Of a stretch of DNA of 64,000 nucleotides, positions 41,660 to 56,246 are shown piece by piece (the stretch's first letter is position 1; each line of letters opens with the position of its first letter). The DNA comes from Eledone cirrhosa. Its lineage: Eukaryota. The stretch is taken from contig OZ024746.1 in the NCBI GenBank assembly GCA_964016885.1, forward strand, positions 77,872,001 to 77,936,000, in the 5' to 3' direction. The notes beneath the pieces were generated by a model. It had not been told where the DNA came from, searched no databases, and was given only the letters and a program-made list of their open reading frames with translations. The translations under genes were made by a program, and so were the position numbers.

Positions 41660-42410
41660 AACACTACCACCACACCAACACTACCACCACACCAACACTA
41701 CCACCACACCAGCACTACCACTGCTACCACTATACCAACACTACCACCACACCAACACTACCACCACTACCACCACACCAACACTACCACCACACCAACA
41801 CTACCACCACACAAACACTACCACTGCTACCACTATACCAACACTACCACCACTACTACCATACCAACACTACCACCACTACTACCATACCAACACTACC
41901 ACCACCACCATCACCACACCACCACCACACCAACACTACCCCTATCACAACACCAACACTACCCCATCACTACACCACACCAAACCTACCACTACCACCA
42001 TCACACTACATTAACACTAGCACTACAACACTACTACCACCACCACAACACTACAGACTCACATCAACACTACCATAACAACAGCAACTACACCATTAAC
42101 CACCACCACCACCACCACCACCAACCCAACAACAACAACAACAGTACCAACAGCACTACAACAACACTACATTATCACCACACCTCCCCCACAACCACAA
42201 AAACAACAACTGTACCAAAACTCCACCACCACCACGACAATACAGCCACATCACCACCACTACACCAACACTACAATCACCACCATAATAACAATAGCAG
42301 CTACACCATTAACAACCACCACAACAACAACAACAGTACCAACACACCATTACGCCAGCACCACAAAAACACCACCACCACCACCACAACAACAACAACA
42401 ACAACAATAT
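41660..42410. repeat. (CAC/ACT/AAC)n compound repeat
   Basis: Direct inspection. Confidence 0.9.
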
Positions 42411-42685
42411 CACAGCTAACAAAAATCAAGGAAATTAGAAAGTGTTAGTGTTATATATACATTCCTTGTCTGTTCATCGTCATCTATTAGTTTATTAATT
42501 TCTTTAGTGAAATGTTGTTGAAAAGCTGAAGCAAACCATTTCTGTCCATGTACTTGTTGCCAACAAAATTTCTTATGTATTCCTTTACATAATTGCTTTT
42601 AGTTGCCAGTTCCTGAATGCTTTACAGTTTCTCTGTCTAGGTTAACAGTTAGTTGGATAGCTTTGATAGACAATTAGTAAGTACT

Positions 42686-42717
<32 letters not shown>

Positions 42718-42750
42718 TGCTTTGATAACTTGTAGTATGTTTGTCCAGGG

Positions 42751-43010
42751 CAGTGGCTCTCAAACCTTTTCATTACCAAGGACCTCTTGAACTGAGATGA
42801 ATGTTGCTATGAACCACCCTTGCTACAATCACTCCCCTCTCAGACGGTTATTTGATGAGAATAACAATCGAAAGGAAGATGTATTTATTCCTTAGAGAAG
42901 AATGGATACTGAATAATGTGTGTATATTATGTTTATAACAAAGTAAGAGGAATTTTGAACTTAGCTAACTTGCCCCCAGGATTTTGTGGGCCCCAGCTTG
43001 GGTGCCACTG
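42751..43010. mobile_element. hAT (Charlie-like) MITE, older
   Basis: Termini cagtggctctcaa...ttgggtgccactg. The TSD is not preserved. Confidence 0.6.
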
Positions 43011-43120
43011 GCTTAGACAATAAGTTGTTCACTTGTCTCCCTTCATATCAGATTATCTTCAATGCCTTAACCTCTTCAGTGCTGTAGACGAGATAACTCA
43101 TCCTAACATGTTTGAACTCC

Positions 43121-43323
43121 TTTCCAAGAGTTCATAACTTCAACGTTATGAACTTGTTTCCAACAGTTCATAACTTCAACGTTATGAACTTGTTTCCAAC
43201 AGTTCATAACTTCAACGTTATGAACTTGTTTCCAACAGTTCATAACTTCAACGTTATGAACTTGTTTCCAACAGTTCATAACTTCAACGTTATGAACTTA
43301 TTTCCAACAGTTCATAACTTCAA
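43121..43323. repeat. 36-bp palindromic minisatellite, ~5.6 copies
   Basis: Unit agttcataac-ttcaac-gttatgaact-tgtttccaac, containing a 10-bp inverted repeat. Confidence 0.92.
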
Positions 43324-43429
43324 AGCTAGATGAGGTTACTAATTTATTGATGTGACTGCAACTGTAGCTGTATAAAATATACACAGCAGTCAACAGGTTA
43401 ATAACAAAACCAGCATTTAAAGGTAATTT

Positions 43430-43865
43430 CCCTGTTAAACCATGCGTCCTATGATAAGCTTCTTTATTCTTTCCTATTGTCTGCATCCCCCCTCTTAACT
43501 CCCTGGCTTTCATTTCCTCCTACATCACCTTTTATCATGTCTTTCTTGGTCTTCCCCTTCCTCTACTTCCTTCCACATTAATTTCTATCACTCCTCTCAT
43601 CCACTCACTTTCATCCTTCCTCAACACATGATCCAACCATGTCATTCCATTTCTCCTCACAACATTCACCACTGACTCTATTCCCACTATCCTCAGTCAC
43701 TACCATCCTTCCTCAACACATGATCCAACCATCTCATTCCATTTCTCCTCACAACATTCATCACTGACTATCCTCTGCAATTCATTGTTTTCCTCTTTCT
43801 CTCAGCGATACTCCACTCATCCACCAAATCATTCTCACTTCTGTTCTTTCCAGCTTTCTCTGCTC
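43430..43865 (-). pseudogene. RTE-clade LINE relic
   Basis: Minus-strand peptides RKLERTEVRMIWWMSGVSLRE and WLDHVLRKDESEWMRGVIEINVEGSRGRGRPRKT*, interrupted by stops and a small duplication. Confidence 0.75.
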
Positions 43866-44685
43866 TACATATTTATTACCCAAAACACTTGTATGGCAAT
43901 ATTTCTAATTAAATACACTCTATTTCAATTAATTAATGAAGAATTTTGAGAGATTACTAAAATAATTAATTATTTCATTTCTAAGATAGTAACTTAACAT
44001 ATAAAAATGATGTTGAAATATTTAAATTTAAATAGGAACCCTTTAAAATTAGTGCTTTTGTTCCTTAGAACCAGAGACGTTTTGGGTCAGATTAGTATCA
44101 AAAGGGTTAAGTCAACTTGGTAATTTGTTACATTTAAGAACTAGATTACTTTCTTGTTGTTTCTACTGTTGTTGTTTCTGCTGCTGTTGTTGTTGTTGTT
44201 GTTGCTTCATATCAACCTTCAGACCTGGGTTCATATGAAAAGGGTTAATAACACATACGATATTGTCTAAGGATAAAAATGTCATTTTCTCATGATGCCA
44301 GCTTCTTGATAGATAGAAAGAATCAGCTAGGGAATTTTGATAGTTTTATTGTTATTTGACTAAATAGTTCTCATAATTTTAATTAGATATAAACATAACT
44401 TTAATTCTTCTTCCACTTGCCTGTTGAGTAATTAACTGCCAATCTCACCTAAATGGTAAATCCATTACTGTATTATTCTGTGATTATATTTCTATTAGTC
44501 TTGTGTTAGTAATTACTTTTCGAGATCTCTTTCATATTATTACTGTACTTTTGGTGTGTGTTTGTTTGTATGTATGTGTGTGTGTGTGTGTATATGGGGA
44601 TGTACGCATATGTGTGTCTGTGTAACAGCATTCAATATAGCTCACTTGTGAATTCAATGCTAGCAGGGAAAATTGACATTAAATG

Positions 44686-44815
<130 letters not shown>

Positions 44816-46114
44816 TGTGTTTGTGCATGTGGTGTGGATGCAGCTAACATCTCTTGAATAAATTGCTTTACAATGGTGGACAGGCTTTTAATTCTGAGTC
44901 AAATGCAGGCAAAATAAAATAATTAGTAATAATAAATGAATGGATATAGCTCTTCTACTGATGAAGTCTGTTGTGAAATAGAATCTGGTTTAATGTCTAT
45001 TCTGACCCTCATTAATTTCGGTACTTTCCCTGTACCATAACTACTATCAGAAACAGAACCAGACTTAAACCAATTGGACCAATTGCTTCTTGCTTCAAAT
45101 TGGACCCATCTAACTAAAGGTCTCCACACTTGAGTAATCTACTCTCCTCAGCTTGTCAAGTATACACAACAATACATTCTAATAAAGACGGTTAGTCATA
45201 CATTTATATTCCAAATGATAGTATTTCCTAAATTCTGGTTCATACAGTATGAAATTATAAATACATCAAACTGAAGTAGTTAATAAAATATAATTAAAGC
45301 AATTGTTTGAATAGCTTGATCCTGTTCCTCCCACACAAATAAACAGATGTTCAAAAAGTTATCTGTGAACCTTGCAATATGAATACATTGACTGCCCGGT
45401 TACTTGTGACTCACCCTGTATATATAACACCCACATGAGACTTGCACCTCCTATGGCTGGCCCTGACTACAAATATAGATGCAATTTTAGTGTGTGTCTG
45501 TGCCAAATATGCCCTTAATGCCTTTAATAAAGATCCATATCGGATCAATAAGTCATTTCTGTTTTTTGCTGGACCTCCATCTGTTCTAATCAAGAGTGTA
45601 CCAGTTTGTTTAAACAATAAAACACCTTGCTTATGAAATTAACGGATAAGTGGCTGAGCATTCCACAGACATGTGAACCCTTAACATCGTTCTCAGGGTA
45701 ATTCAGCATGACATAGTGTGTAACAAGGCTGGCTATTTGAATTACTGGTACAATCCATCCAAGGAATAAAAACAGACAGATAGCCCTGCTGTTTTAACCC
45801 TTTGGATACCAAATCACCAGAATCTATCCTTGGTTCTATGATACAAAGCTGCTTTCAAGTGCAGTGATTATTTAAAAATCTTCCATCAATTTTTATGTAA
45901 TAACCTTTGTTAAGTTATTCTCCAAACACCAGCTTGATCATGAGGAAGTTAGTTATATTATTAAATCCCTTCAAATTGTTGATTATTTTCAAAATGATTT
46001 GAAAGTGACAGGCACTGTGTTTCATTAGAAATATGGTCATTAAAAGGGGGTAAACTTATATCACTATAGAGCATTGATAATGTAATGGCGGATGAAACAT
46101 TTTATTTTGGAGTT

Positions 46115-46690
46115 GCCTGGCAAGTGACTTGATCTGAGGATGTGTATTGTAACTAAAAGAAATTACTTTGTGTAAAAGTCATTTTAGCTGCAGTTGTACA
46201 TGTCTGGTGACTTGATATGTCACTGTATATTGAAACTAAAGCAATTACATCATCGAAGGGTCATTTTAACTACAGTTGTACATGTCTGGTGACTTGATAT
46301 GTCACTGTATATTGAAACTAAAGCAATTACATCATCGAAGGGTCATTTTAACTACAGTTGTACATGTCTGGTGACTTGATATGTCACTGTATATTGAAAC
46401 TAAAGCAATTACATCATCGAAGGGTCATTTTAACTACAGTTGTACATGTCTGGTGACTTGATATGTCACTGTATATTGAAACTAAAGCAATTACATCATC
46501 GAAGGGTCATTTTAACTACAGTTGTACATGTCTGGTGACTTGATATGTCACTGTATATTGAAACTAAAGCAATTACATCATCGAAGGGTCATTTTAACTA
46601 CAGTTGTACATGTCTGGCAAGTGACTTGATCTGAGACTGTGTTGTGTTGAAAACTAAAACAATTAGATTTTAGAGGAGTCATTTTAACCA
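46115..46690. repeat. 82-bp tandem repeat: 5 identical units plus diverged flanking units
   Basis: tgtctgg at 46201, 46283, 46365, 46447, 46529 and 46611. Confidence 0.93.
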
Positions 46691-47343
46691 TTAAAAAAAA
46701 ACTAAGACTATTAACTTCACTTTAAATTTATTATTTATTTGTTGGTGTCACAATTCTGCTGCACCTGATAAGGCCAGTGGCCAGGTCACAAATGGTGTGA
46801 TGAAAATTTTGACACCAAGAAATAAGTTGTAAATGTAAAGTGAAGTTTACAGCATTTTGTGTTTTAGAATGGCTTAAATGACTCTTCCATGATGTTTAAA
46901 AAAAAAAAATGTTTTTTTAAATGTATATAATGGGGGGGGGGGGGGGTATCCATTGCTGTCTTTCATTTATTGCAGGTTTTTTTTCTTTTTTTTTCTTTTT
47001 CCTCTCCTTTCTTTTTTTTTCTTCTATACTAATAATGATTATCACTGCTAGTTTAGTACAGGCAGGAAATATTGTTGATGTTGTTATATTTACCACTGTT
47101 GCAGTGTCAGTTTCGTCTTCCTCATCAGGCTCCTTCTCGTCCACCTCCTTCTCCTCCTCGTCCACCTCCTTCTCCTCCTCATCCACCCCCTTCTCCTCCT
47201 CATCCACCCCCTTCTCCTCCCCACATCAACAGTGAAGCAGATGCTAGTAATTCACATTTACTCTCTCATTTCTATCCATTTCCCTCTTATTCCCTCTCTT
47301 ATGCTTACTCTCTGTCTCTCACTTTGTCTTTCTGTCTCACTCT

Positions 47344-47383
<40 letters not shown>

Positions 47384-48762
47384 TGCTCCATGCTATTTCT
47401 AAAATGGCATGTTGATGATGATGGTTGAGATGGTGGTGGAGGTGGTGGTGAAAGTGGTGGTGGTGATGATGATGATGGTGGTGGTGGTGGTGGTGGTGGT
47501 GGTGGTGGTGGTGGTTGTGGCGGTGATGGTGTTAGTAGTGGTAGAGGTGGTGGTGAAAATGATGATGATGATGGTGTTGTTGATGATGATAATGGTGATG
47601 ATTCTGTCTAGATTCAATGGACTAGATAATATTACTCATTGAAAGCCATTAAATCTAATAAACATTTGTATAAATGCTTAAACACACACTAAAATGTTTT
47701 TACACGTGGTGCTTTGCTCATTGCATGTATGTGTGTATGTGTGTGTATATATGTGGATGTGTTGGTGTCTGTTTGTGCAAACATTCATACACATAGAATC
47801 TCTCACATGCTTACACAAATTCTGGCTCTTATACACACTCACGCACCACACATACACATTCACTTACAGTTTCTCAAGTGCACACACGCAAACACATTTT
47901 CTCTTTCTTTCTCATACATACACACAGATTAACTCACACACACACTTTTAGGTGCAGACATACAGACACACACTTATACATATTCACACAGGCACATACA
48001 TACACACATGCACACACTTATACATATTCACACACACACACACACACTTATACATTCAGACACACACACAAACACACACACTTATACATATTCACACATA
48101 CGCACACAGACTCACGCACACGCACACTCACACAGACGCACACACACACACGTACACCCCCACATCGCCAGTGTAAGACAGCTTACTTCCTCCTGCCCCA
48201 AGTGGCAAACATTCTGTTGAATTCTTCTAGTAAGGATGTGTATACAGTTGCAATATATTATCTCACTTATTCCTTTCATCTTATTTAATCAGCTGTTCTT
48301 TTCGGTTTCTTCTTTCATTGCTTTATTACTTTATTGTTGTTCCCTACTTTCACACAATTTGATCCCTGCTCCCTAAACTAACCAAACTATTTACCAGTTG
48401 TTGTTGGGTTTTTTGTTTTTTTTTAGTGGGAGGGGGGGGGGGTTCACTCACTGTGACATATTACCACAGACTCTCTCTCTCTCTCCTTTCTCCCCCTCTC
48501 TCTCTTTCTGCCTTTTTCTCTTCCTATTTCTTCCTCCATCTCTCTCTCTCACTCTCTCTTTCTCCATCCCTCTCTCTCTGTCTCTCTTTCTCTTCTTTTC
48601 TCTCCTTTCTTGCTGCCTCACTCTCTCCCTCCTTTCTCAGGGTTAAGAAGTCCAGTTTAACCTTTAATGAAAGACACTGCCTGCGATTTTGAAATCTTTT
48701 TCGAAATAACCAAGAATTTCAAGTGATTTAACAATGCAACTAACTTTCTCGTTATCTAACTA

Positions 48763-49381
48763 CTAGCAGGCCCTGTGCCGTCAAAAATGACGGTTAAAGA
48801 GTAGATGTGTATTTGTATATACCTTTCAACTGTGGTCTTTTTATATTCTTGATAATTCTAATGTATTTCGATATTGCAAGGGACTTGGCACCTTGGACAA
48901 CACATACACACAAACACTCACATACACATACAGTCATAAAAGTGTAGTCAATCTAAGAACGCTGGTTAAAAATAATTATTAGATACACACACACATCTAC
49001 ACAAACATACACATAAACAGACTCAGAGAAAATAATTATTACATGCTCACACATATGTATGTGTGTGTGTGTGTGTGCGTGCGCATATGTATACATTTAT
49101 ATGTATGATTAACACAGGTGTATCGGACGCTGTTCTTTGTCTTCTATAATTTGTTATAGCGCCCTTGCTTCCACACTCCTCACATAGATGTGTGTGTATG
49201 TAATCATTATTTTGTACCAGTAATGCACTGGGTAACTGCTGGCCTTGTGCCTAAAGTAGAAACAATTATTTTGTATAATGTATATGTTTATGTATGTATT
49301 TATATTCACATACTGAAACATAGATGAGTTACCTCCCTTTGCGTGATGGACAAAAACACAAGAGCATTATATATTAGTGGA
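48763..49381 (-). mobile_element. Non-autonomous Helitron-like element
   Basis: The minus strand begins TC(cactaatatataatg). It ends with the hairpin ccgtca-tttt-tgacgg, 11 nt, then CTAG|T. No TSD. It contains a SINE A 3' fragment at about 49214-49270. Confidence 0.6.
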
Positions 49382-49925
49382 CTAGCAGAAAACCACCCGG
49401 TGGGTGGTTTTCTGCTAGCAAATCTAGTGTATATACTGATATTGTTGAGATTTGGATGAGAAATGTTTTCGGCACCACATGTTCACCGTCTCTCGGTGTG
49501 TCTTTTATGCATGTATAAATATATATGTTATCTATACGGTGAAATCTTTGAAATAAATATATGTTAAAACGAAAAAGGAGAAAAAGAGATTAGTGACGGA
49601 AATATAAACGTTATGATACATAAACGTTATGATATAACGATGGAAATATATCTTCAAATGCTCCTTGGCATGGTGTCAAGTCAGAACCGCCTCGAACTGG
49701 TTACTTCTGGCTTGTGCAAGGTGTCTCTATAGCAACCAGCGATTCCCTCGGCCTCAGTGACCAAAGCCAGTGGAGAGGGGAAGGTAATGTTTCTATAGCG
49801 ACAGTGTTTCTCTTGGTAGTACCAAAGTGGAGAAAGGAAGGGGAAGGTAATATTTCTGTAGCACCTACATTTGAGTTTTAGGGAAGGACGGACAGACAGA
49901 CAGACAAACAGAGAAATGCCCATAT
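49382..49925 (-). mobile_element. Second Helitron-like element abutting the first
   Basis: The minus strand ends in CTAG within a 17-bp palindrome (49382-49418). A (GACA)n tract lies near the other end. The 5' boundary is uncertain. Confidence 0.45.
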
Positions 49926-49930
49926 ATTTC

Positions 49931-49965
<35 letters not shown>

Positions 49966-50311
49966 TACACACACAGAAATGTATATATATTTCTGTGTGT
50001 ATATATATATATATTACACACACAGAAATGTATATATATTTCTGTGTGTATATATATTTCTGTGTGTGTATATATATATATATATTTCTGTGTGTGTATA
50101 TATATATATATATTACACACACAGAAATGTATATATATTTCTGTGTGTATATATATATATATATTACACACACAGAAATGTATATATATTTCTTAGAACA
50201 AAATTATTATTAATGTTTTGCTGTTCATAACAATTGGAATTAAAAAATTACTTTTGAAATTATTAGTTATTTTACTAATGCTTAGATATGTAAAAATGAA
50301 GTAATGTTTCT

Positions 50312-50504
50312 AATAATTGTTTCTACTTTTGGCACAAGGCCAGCAATTATCCAGTACATTACTGGTACTTTATTTTATCGACCCCGTGAGGATGGAAGGC
50401 AAAGTTAACCTCGGCGGTATTTGAACTCAGACCGTAAAGGGACGTAACTCCATGCTATGAAGCATGGTGTCCGACTCTCTACAGATTCTGCCAATCCACC
50501 GCCC
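50312..50504 (-). mobile_element. SINE family A
   Basis: Colinear with the other family A copies. Confidence 0.85.
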
Positions 50505-51964
50505 TAATGTCTGTACGTAATGAGGGAGTGAGAGGGGAGAGAAAGAAAGCAGCCAATAAATGAAACCATTATCAAGCTGATGTTTTGAGCACCACTTAAC
50601 AAAGATTCTTACATAAAATTATGTTGAAAGGATTTTAGATAAATATAAAAGCTTCAACTCTTTTGTTACCATATTTCTAATAAAAGGCACTGTGTTTGGA
50701 CGATAACTTAAGGGCTTTTATTTAGATTTTGCTGGAAGGTTTTTAGATAAATATAAACATGTGAACCCTTTTGCTACCATATTTCTAATAAAAGGCAGTG
50801 TGTGTGATTTAAAAAAAAAAATTAAAATAATTAAGAATTTGTAGGGATTTAGGAGTTGTGACTGGTAGATAATATCTACAATGGAAAGACTAATGGGAAT
50901 ATTGTTTCCTTGGTCCAATTTGATCAATTCCACCCCATTTGGTAAGCAAATGAGGTCTGGGATCTTGTAGACCGAACTCTATGCTCTATCTCATCATTCA
51001 GCTGGTGCTTGGAGCATAATTTAACAAAGGTTCTCACATAAAATTATGATGGAAAATGTTTAATATAAATATAAACATAAACACTTTAAAAGAAATAATC
51101 TTTTATCAGAGAACCAGAAACAGTTTCAAAGAGTTTAGTATTAAAAGGGTTAAATGGCTTAACTTGAATACAAAGAACAATACCGGCACAGATATTTAAA
51201 CTCCCATACTTGTGTTGCCAAGATAGCTGTATCTTGTATTTTCATCTGTTTTGCTTTATTTATTTTACTGTTTAGTCATGAAGGGAGGAACAGTGTTTAT
51301 GACTCTTTTCAGGGCCTCCCAGACTGCTGGGAGGGACAGAGAAAGGTACCCTACCCACAAACTGGAGACCAGGCTGAATTACTTGCAACAGAGTGGACTT
51401 TCCTAAAGATGCTCATGAACAAATTGAGCAGTGGGTTAAGTAGAGCCGTACCAGATTTCAAATAAGAAATCAAAGAACTGGAACAAATATCATATAGCAT
51501 TTTATCTAATGCTCTAACAACTCTGCTAATCTAGCTATCAACATTGGTACTTTATTTTATCAAATTGAAAAGGATGAAAGGTAAAGTTGACTTTGGTAGG
51601 ATTTGAACACAGAGCACAGAAATCTGGTACAAATACTGCAAGATATTTTGTCTAATGTTCTAACAACTCTGCAGTTTACTGGTAAAGGCATATGTAGCTC
51701 ACCTTATGTCTACCAGTTAGTTATAAGTAGTTGCAGGAGCTAAGGTAACTTGTTTTACTCTTATTTGCCCCAGTTTGGAAACAAGCACCAGTTCCATTTC
51801 AAAGTTGAATTCTGTCTATTTAGTAAGTAAAATATCTGGGTGTTGTATGAGGTGACTAAAAGGGTTGGTACTAAGAAGAGCATGTAGCTGTAAAATATTG
51901 TCTCAAAAGTGATCCATGTTCAGTATGAAGCCTATTATGAGAGCCACAAAGTTAATCTATGCCT

Positions 51965-52236
51965 GTTTTGAGCCTGGTAGCTCATCAGACCTGTGCTTAC
52001 CCCCAGTTCCTGTGGCATGAAGCGACTGAGAATACAAGACTTCCTCCTGGACAGGATGCCAGTCCATCGTAGGGTTAAACTCCTACCTCTAGCTGGCACT
52101 TATTTCCAACTGAGTGTCCTGAAGCAATGTGAAATGAAGCATTTTTCTCAAGAACACAACAACACATAACTCAGTCCAGGAATGGAACCCACAACAATAG
52201 GATCGAACACCCTTACCACTAGGCCACATGCCTCCA
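51965..52236 (-). mobile_element. SINE family C
   Basis: Colinear with 37835-38098. The tRNA-like head ggaggcatgtggcctagtggtaaggg is on the minus strand. Confidence 0.65.
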
Positions 52237-53354
52237 CTAACACAGTAAACTGACCTTAAAATGTGTTACGATTGTTGTTGTTGTTGTAGTTGTTAGTAAG
52301 TGAAATAATTATTCTGAAAACCATCCAACCCATGCTAAATACTCTCCGAGTTACTCAAATAAAGAATGAGATGATGAAAAGAAAGGAAAAGAAAAAGAGA
52401 TGAAGAGAAGTAGGGGTGGGGGAAATGATGATTCTTATAGTTTTCTTGTTTAGAAACTAGCCAAGAAAATCATGTCTCATTAGAGAGTAATGTCTGAAAT
52501 AATAATAATATTAGCAACAACAATAATAAAAACAATCTCAGAATTCTGATTACTCTCCAGGAGGAGGGGAGGGAGGGGGATTAGACTGACATGAAACATT
52601 CTCTTTTAATACTTGATTATGCTCTGTTTAACTACAAGAGAACACTATTTTTGGTGGTCCCTCCTCTTATCTCTCCATCTCCACCCTCCTTCTCTTTCCA
52701 TCCCGGCCCCCTCCCCCACCTTACCTTCACCCTCCATCTTATGGGGGGAGGGGCGCTGCCCACCCCTCTCTTTCTGGTTGCCTTTCTTCTACCCAACACT
52801 CCACCTCACCCCACCCCCTCGGCTTATATCTCTCACTTGTTAAGAAGTCATTTTAGATGAGGCATTATTTCTAGTGGTTTACCCTTGGTATCCTGGTCAT
52901 GGGTAAGTAGGCAGGGTGAGGGGGGGGGGGGGTAAACTTACTAGAGAGAGAAGAAAAAAAAAAAAGAACATTTGAGCTAACAACAAAACAACTAAAAACT
53001 ATTTGTAAGATCTAGGTCAGCATGAATCCCAGCATTGACATTTAGAAAGGAATTTTCCCAAGTGTGTGTCTGGGGTGGGTGGAGGGAGTGTGCTGGTGAA
53101 GATAGATAGATAGATAGAGAGGGAGATAGATAGATAGACAGATAGATAGAGAGGGAGATAGACAGATAGATAGACAGGTAGATAGAGAGGGAGATAGACA
53201 GATAGATGGAGATAGACAGATAGATAGATAGACAGATAGATAGAGAGGGAGATAGACAGATAGATAGAGAGGGAGATAGACAGATAGATAGACAGACAGA
53301 TAGATGGATAGATAGATAGAGAGACAGATAGATAGATAGAGAGGGAGATAGACA

Positions 53355-53780
53355 GATATGTTTCTTTATTAGCCACAGGGGCACAAAAGAAGGGGACAAA
53401 TACAAAGGGGGAAGTATACATACAATAAAAACGTGTAAAATGTTATCACAAATGCAATTTTAAAATTAGTCGATTTTCCCCAATAGGGGGAGACATTACA
53501 TATGGGTAACACATACCCCCGAAAAAAAAATGTGCAACCCTCATCTCCAGGAGTACGAAGAGTTTGTACTCCTTTCCTCTCCTCCTCCTTTTCCTCAACC
53601 TACAGGGTGATATAGAGAGAGAAGGCCCATTCACTCGGGCCATTCTCGCCACTTTCACCCACCTTTCATAAAACTTGCTGGGGTACAGCACCTCTCTCTC
53701 CATCCTGATTCTTCTTCCAAAGTGGTATTTGAAAAAAAGAATCAGTTGTTGAGGGAGATAGACAGATAGATAGATGAATG

Positions 53781-53818
<38 letters not shown>

Positions 53819-54229
53819 CAGACAGACAGATAGATAGATATATTTCTTTATTAGCCACAGGGGCACAAAAGAAGGGGACAAATACAAAGGGGGAAGTTTA
53901 CATACAATAAAAACGTGTAAAATGTTATCACAGATGGAATTTAAAAGTTAGTCGATTTTCCCCAATAGAGGGAGACAGTTTATATGGGTAACACAGACCC
54001 CCGAAAAAAATGTGCAACCCTCATCTCCAGGAGTACGAAGAGCTTGTACTCCTTTCCTCTCCTCCTCCTTTTCCTCAACCTACAGGCTGATATAGAGAGA
54101 AGGCCCATTCACTCGGGCCATTCTCGCCACTTTCACCCACCTTTCATAAAACTTGCTGGGGTACAGCACCTCTCTCTCCATCCTGATTCTTCTTCCAAAG
54201 TGGTATTTGAAAAAAAGAATCAGTTGTTG
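53355..54229 (-). mobile_element. Two tandem copies (53355-53751, 53837-54229) of the same LINE 3' end, in (GATA)n
   Basis: Reverse complement of about 10520-10912. Both copies stop at the same 5' truncation point. Confidence 0.75.
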
Positions 54230-54258
54230 AGGGAGATAGACAGATAGATAGATGAATG

Positions 54259-54291
<33 letters not shown>

Positions 54292-56176
54292 GGAGACAGA
54301 CAGACAGATAGATAGATAGATAGCTAGGCAGGCTAACAACAATCAATAAGAGAGAGACTTCATTCGTTTAGTCCTTTCCACTTAACCCTTTCATAATGTT
54401 TTCTTCATGTAGGGCACTGATACAGAAATAGAGGGGTGGGGGGCATTTTGTCCCCAGGGAGGAGGAATTTTAGCCCAGGGAAGAATTGGAGAGGAATCCA
54501 AACTGGGAAAGAATAGTATATATTGTGTATATCATCATCATCATCATCATCGCCATCATCACCATCGTCATCATCATTTTATGGCTGTTTTCCATGCTGG
54601 CATGGGTTGGACAGGGTGACATGATTTGTTTCGAGACTAGACAGGTCAGAGAGACCACATCTTATATGCTCTATATTTGGCATATTTTAACTGTTGGATG
54701 CCTTTCCTAATGCCAACCACATTACAGAGTGTACAGGGTGTATTTTATCATAGCACTAATTCTCACATTTTGCAAGTAGTACAAGTGTAATACCAATATA
54801 CTTAACTATAAGGGTGATGACAAATTATCAGTTTACAAAAAACCTTAATAAAATAATTTGTTTTTATAATTTATTAATTAATTATCGCCAACCACTAAAC
54901 AAACCATTTTAAAGCTGGTTTTCCCAGCTAGAACAAGAGTTATCCTTGTGAGTCTCATGGCAGGCTTCATACTCATCATGAGGTAGCAAGGTTTTACAGC
55001 CAGATGCCCTTCTTCATGCCAACCCTTTTAGCTGCTTCTTACAACATGGAGGGTTTATGGTGTACCGGTTCTAAACCAGATACACTGTAGAAGTATAATG
55101 GTTAAAAAAAAAAAGAAATTAGATGACAATTGAAAATAGAGTAGCATTTGAGGAATCTCGAGGTTGCCATGGAAGGAATATGACCTGGGTCTCTGTGAAC
55201 CACTGATACAAGTGAAAGACTTGCCAGCAAGATTTAGAAGCAGCACTAAGGAGTAAAAAATTGAGGGTTCTTTCAAGTATTCTTTTATATCTCTCTCTCT
55301 CTCTCTCTCTCTCTCAAATGCAGCCTCTTGATTTATAGAGGCTGCTGTTAGCACCATGAATTAGAACACCCTGAAGAAAGGTGTGGGTGGGTGGGTGGGT
55401 GGGGTGGGGGTGTTTAAAGCGAAGAAGAGGGGGAGCAGGGTGAAAAAGAAAGCACTGGCATCAAGAATATCATCAACATTAATAACATTATCAATAATTA
55501 CAACAACCACCACTTCAGAGTAAATAAATAAATTTATTATTGTTATTATTATTATTATTTGTTTTACTCCTCCTGTTTAAGTAATTGCCAGATAAAAAAG
55601 AAGAGAAACAAATCTATTCTTAATGTAATAAATCATTTCGACAAATATTTTCGCATGACAGAAACTTTTTTTGAAAAAAAAAAAAAAAAAATTAATACTT
55701 TTCTTTGGTTAATGTTTTTTCTCAAAGCTCAATAACACAATAACTTTGGATATTTCTTTAACAATTGAAGGGTGGTTCAAGCCCCCTTCTCTCTCTCTCT
55801 TTTTATATTTTCATTTACTTTCTTGAAAAAGAAAACCACCATTTTTTTTATCGTCCATTTGTATTCTAACATTATTATTTATTTATGCTCCTTCATCACT
55901 CTATATATGTCTTTTAGTATTTATAACTATATATATTTAACACTTTATATATATATTTATAACTATATATATTTAACACTTTATATATATATTTATTACT
56001 ATATATATTTAACACTTTATATATATATTTATAACTATATATATTTAACACTTTATTTTGTTATATTATAAGATGTAATATATATTGTTTGTTACTTTTG
56101 AATATAATATACTATTTATATAGGAATGTGTTTGTGTATGTATATATATATATATGTGTGTGTGTATATGTGTGTA

Positions 56177-56246
<70 letters not shown>

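Noticed and set aside
43121-43323. 36-bp palindromic repeats as a CRISPR array
   Set aside because: There are no spacers; it is a simple tandem repeat.
44955-44990. CTGATGA...GAAA...TC hammerhead-like string
   Set aside because: Stems II and III cannot pair, so this is likely a chance match.
46917-47428. Acidic and Pro-rich ORFs
   Set aside because: Low-complexity (TCC)-rich 21-bp repeats and poly-T/G tracts, with no supportable exon structure.
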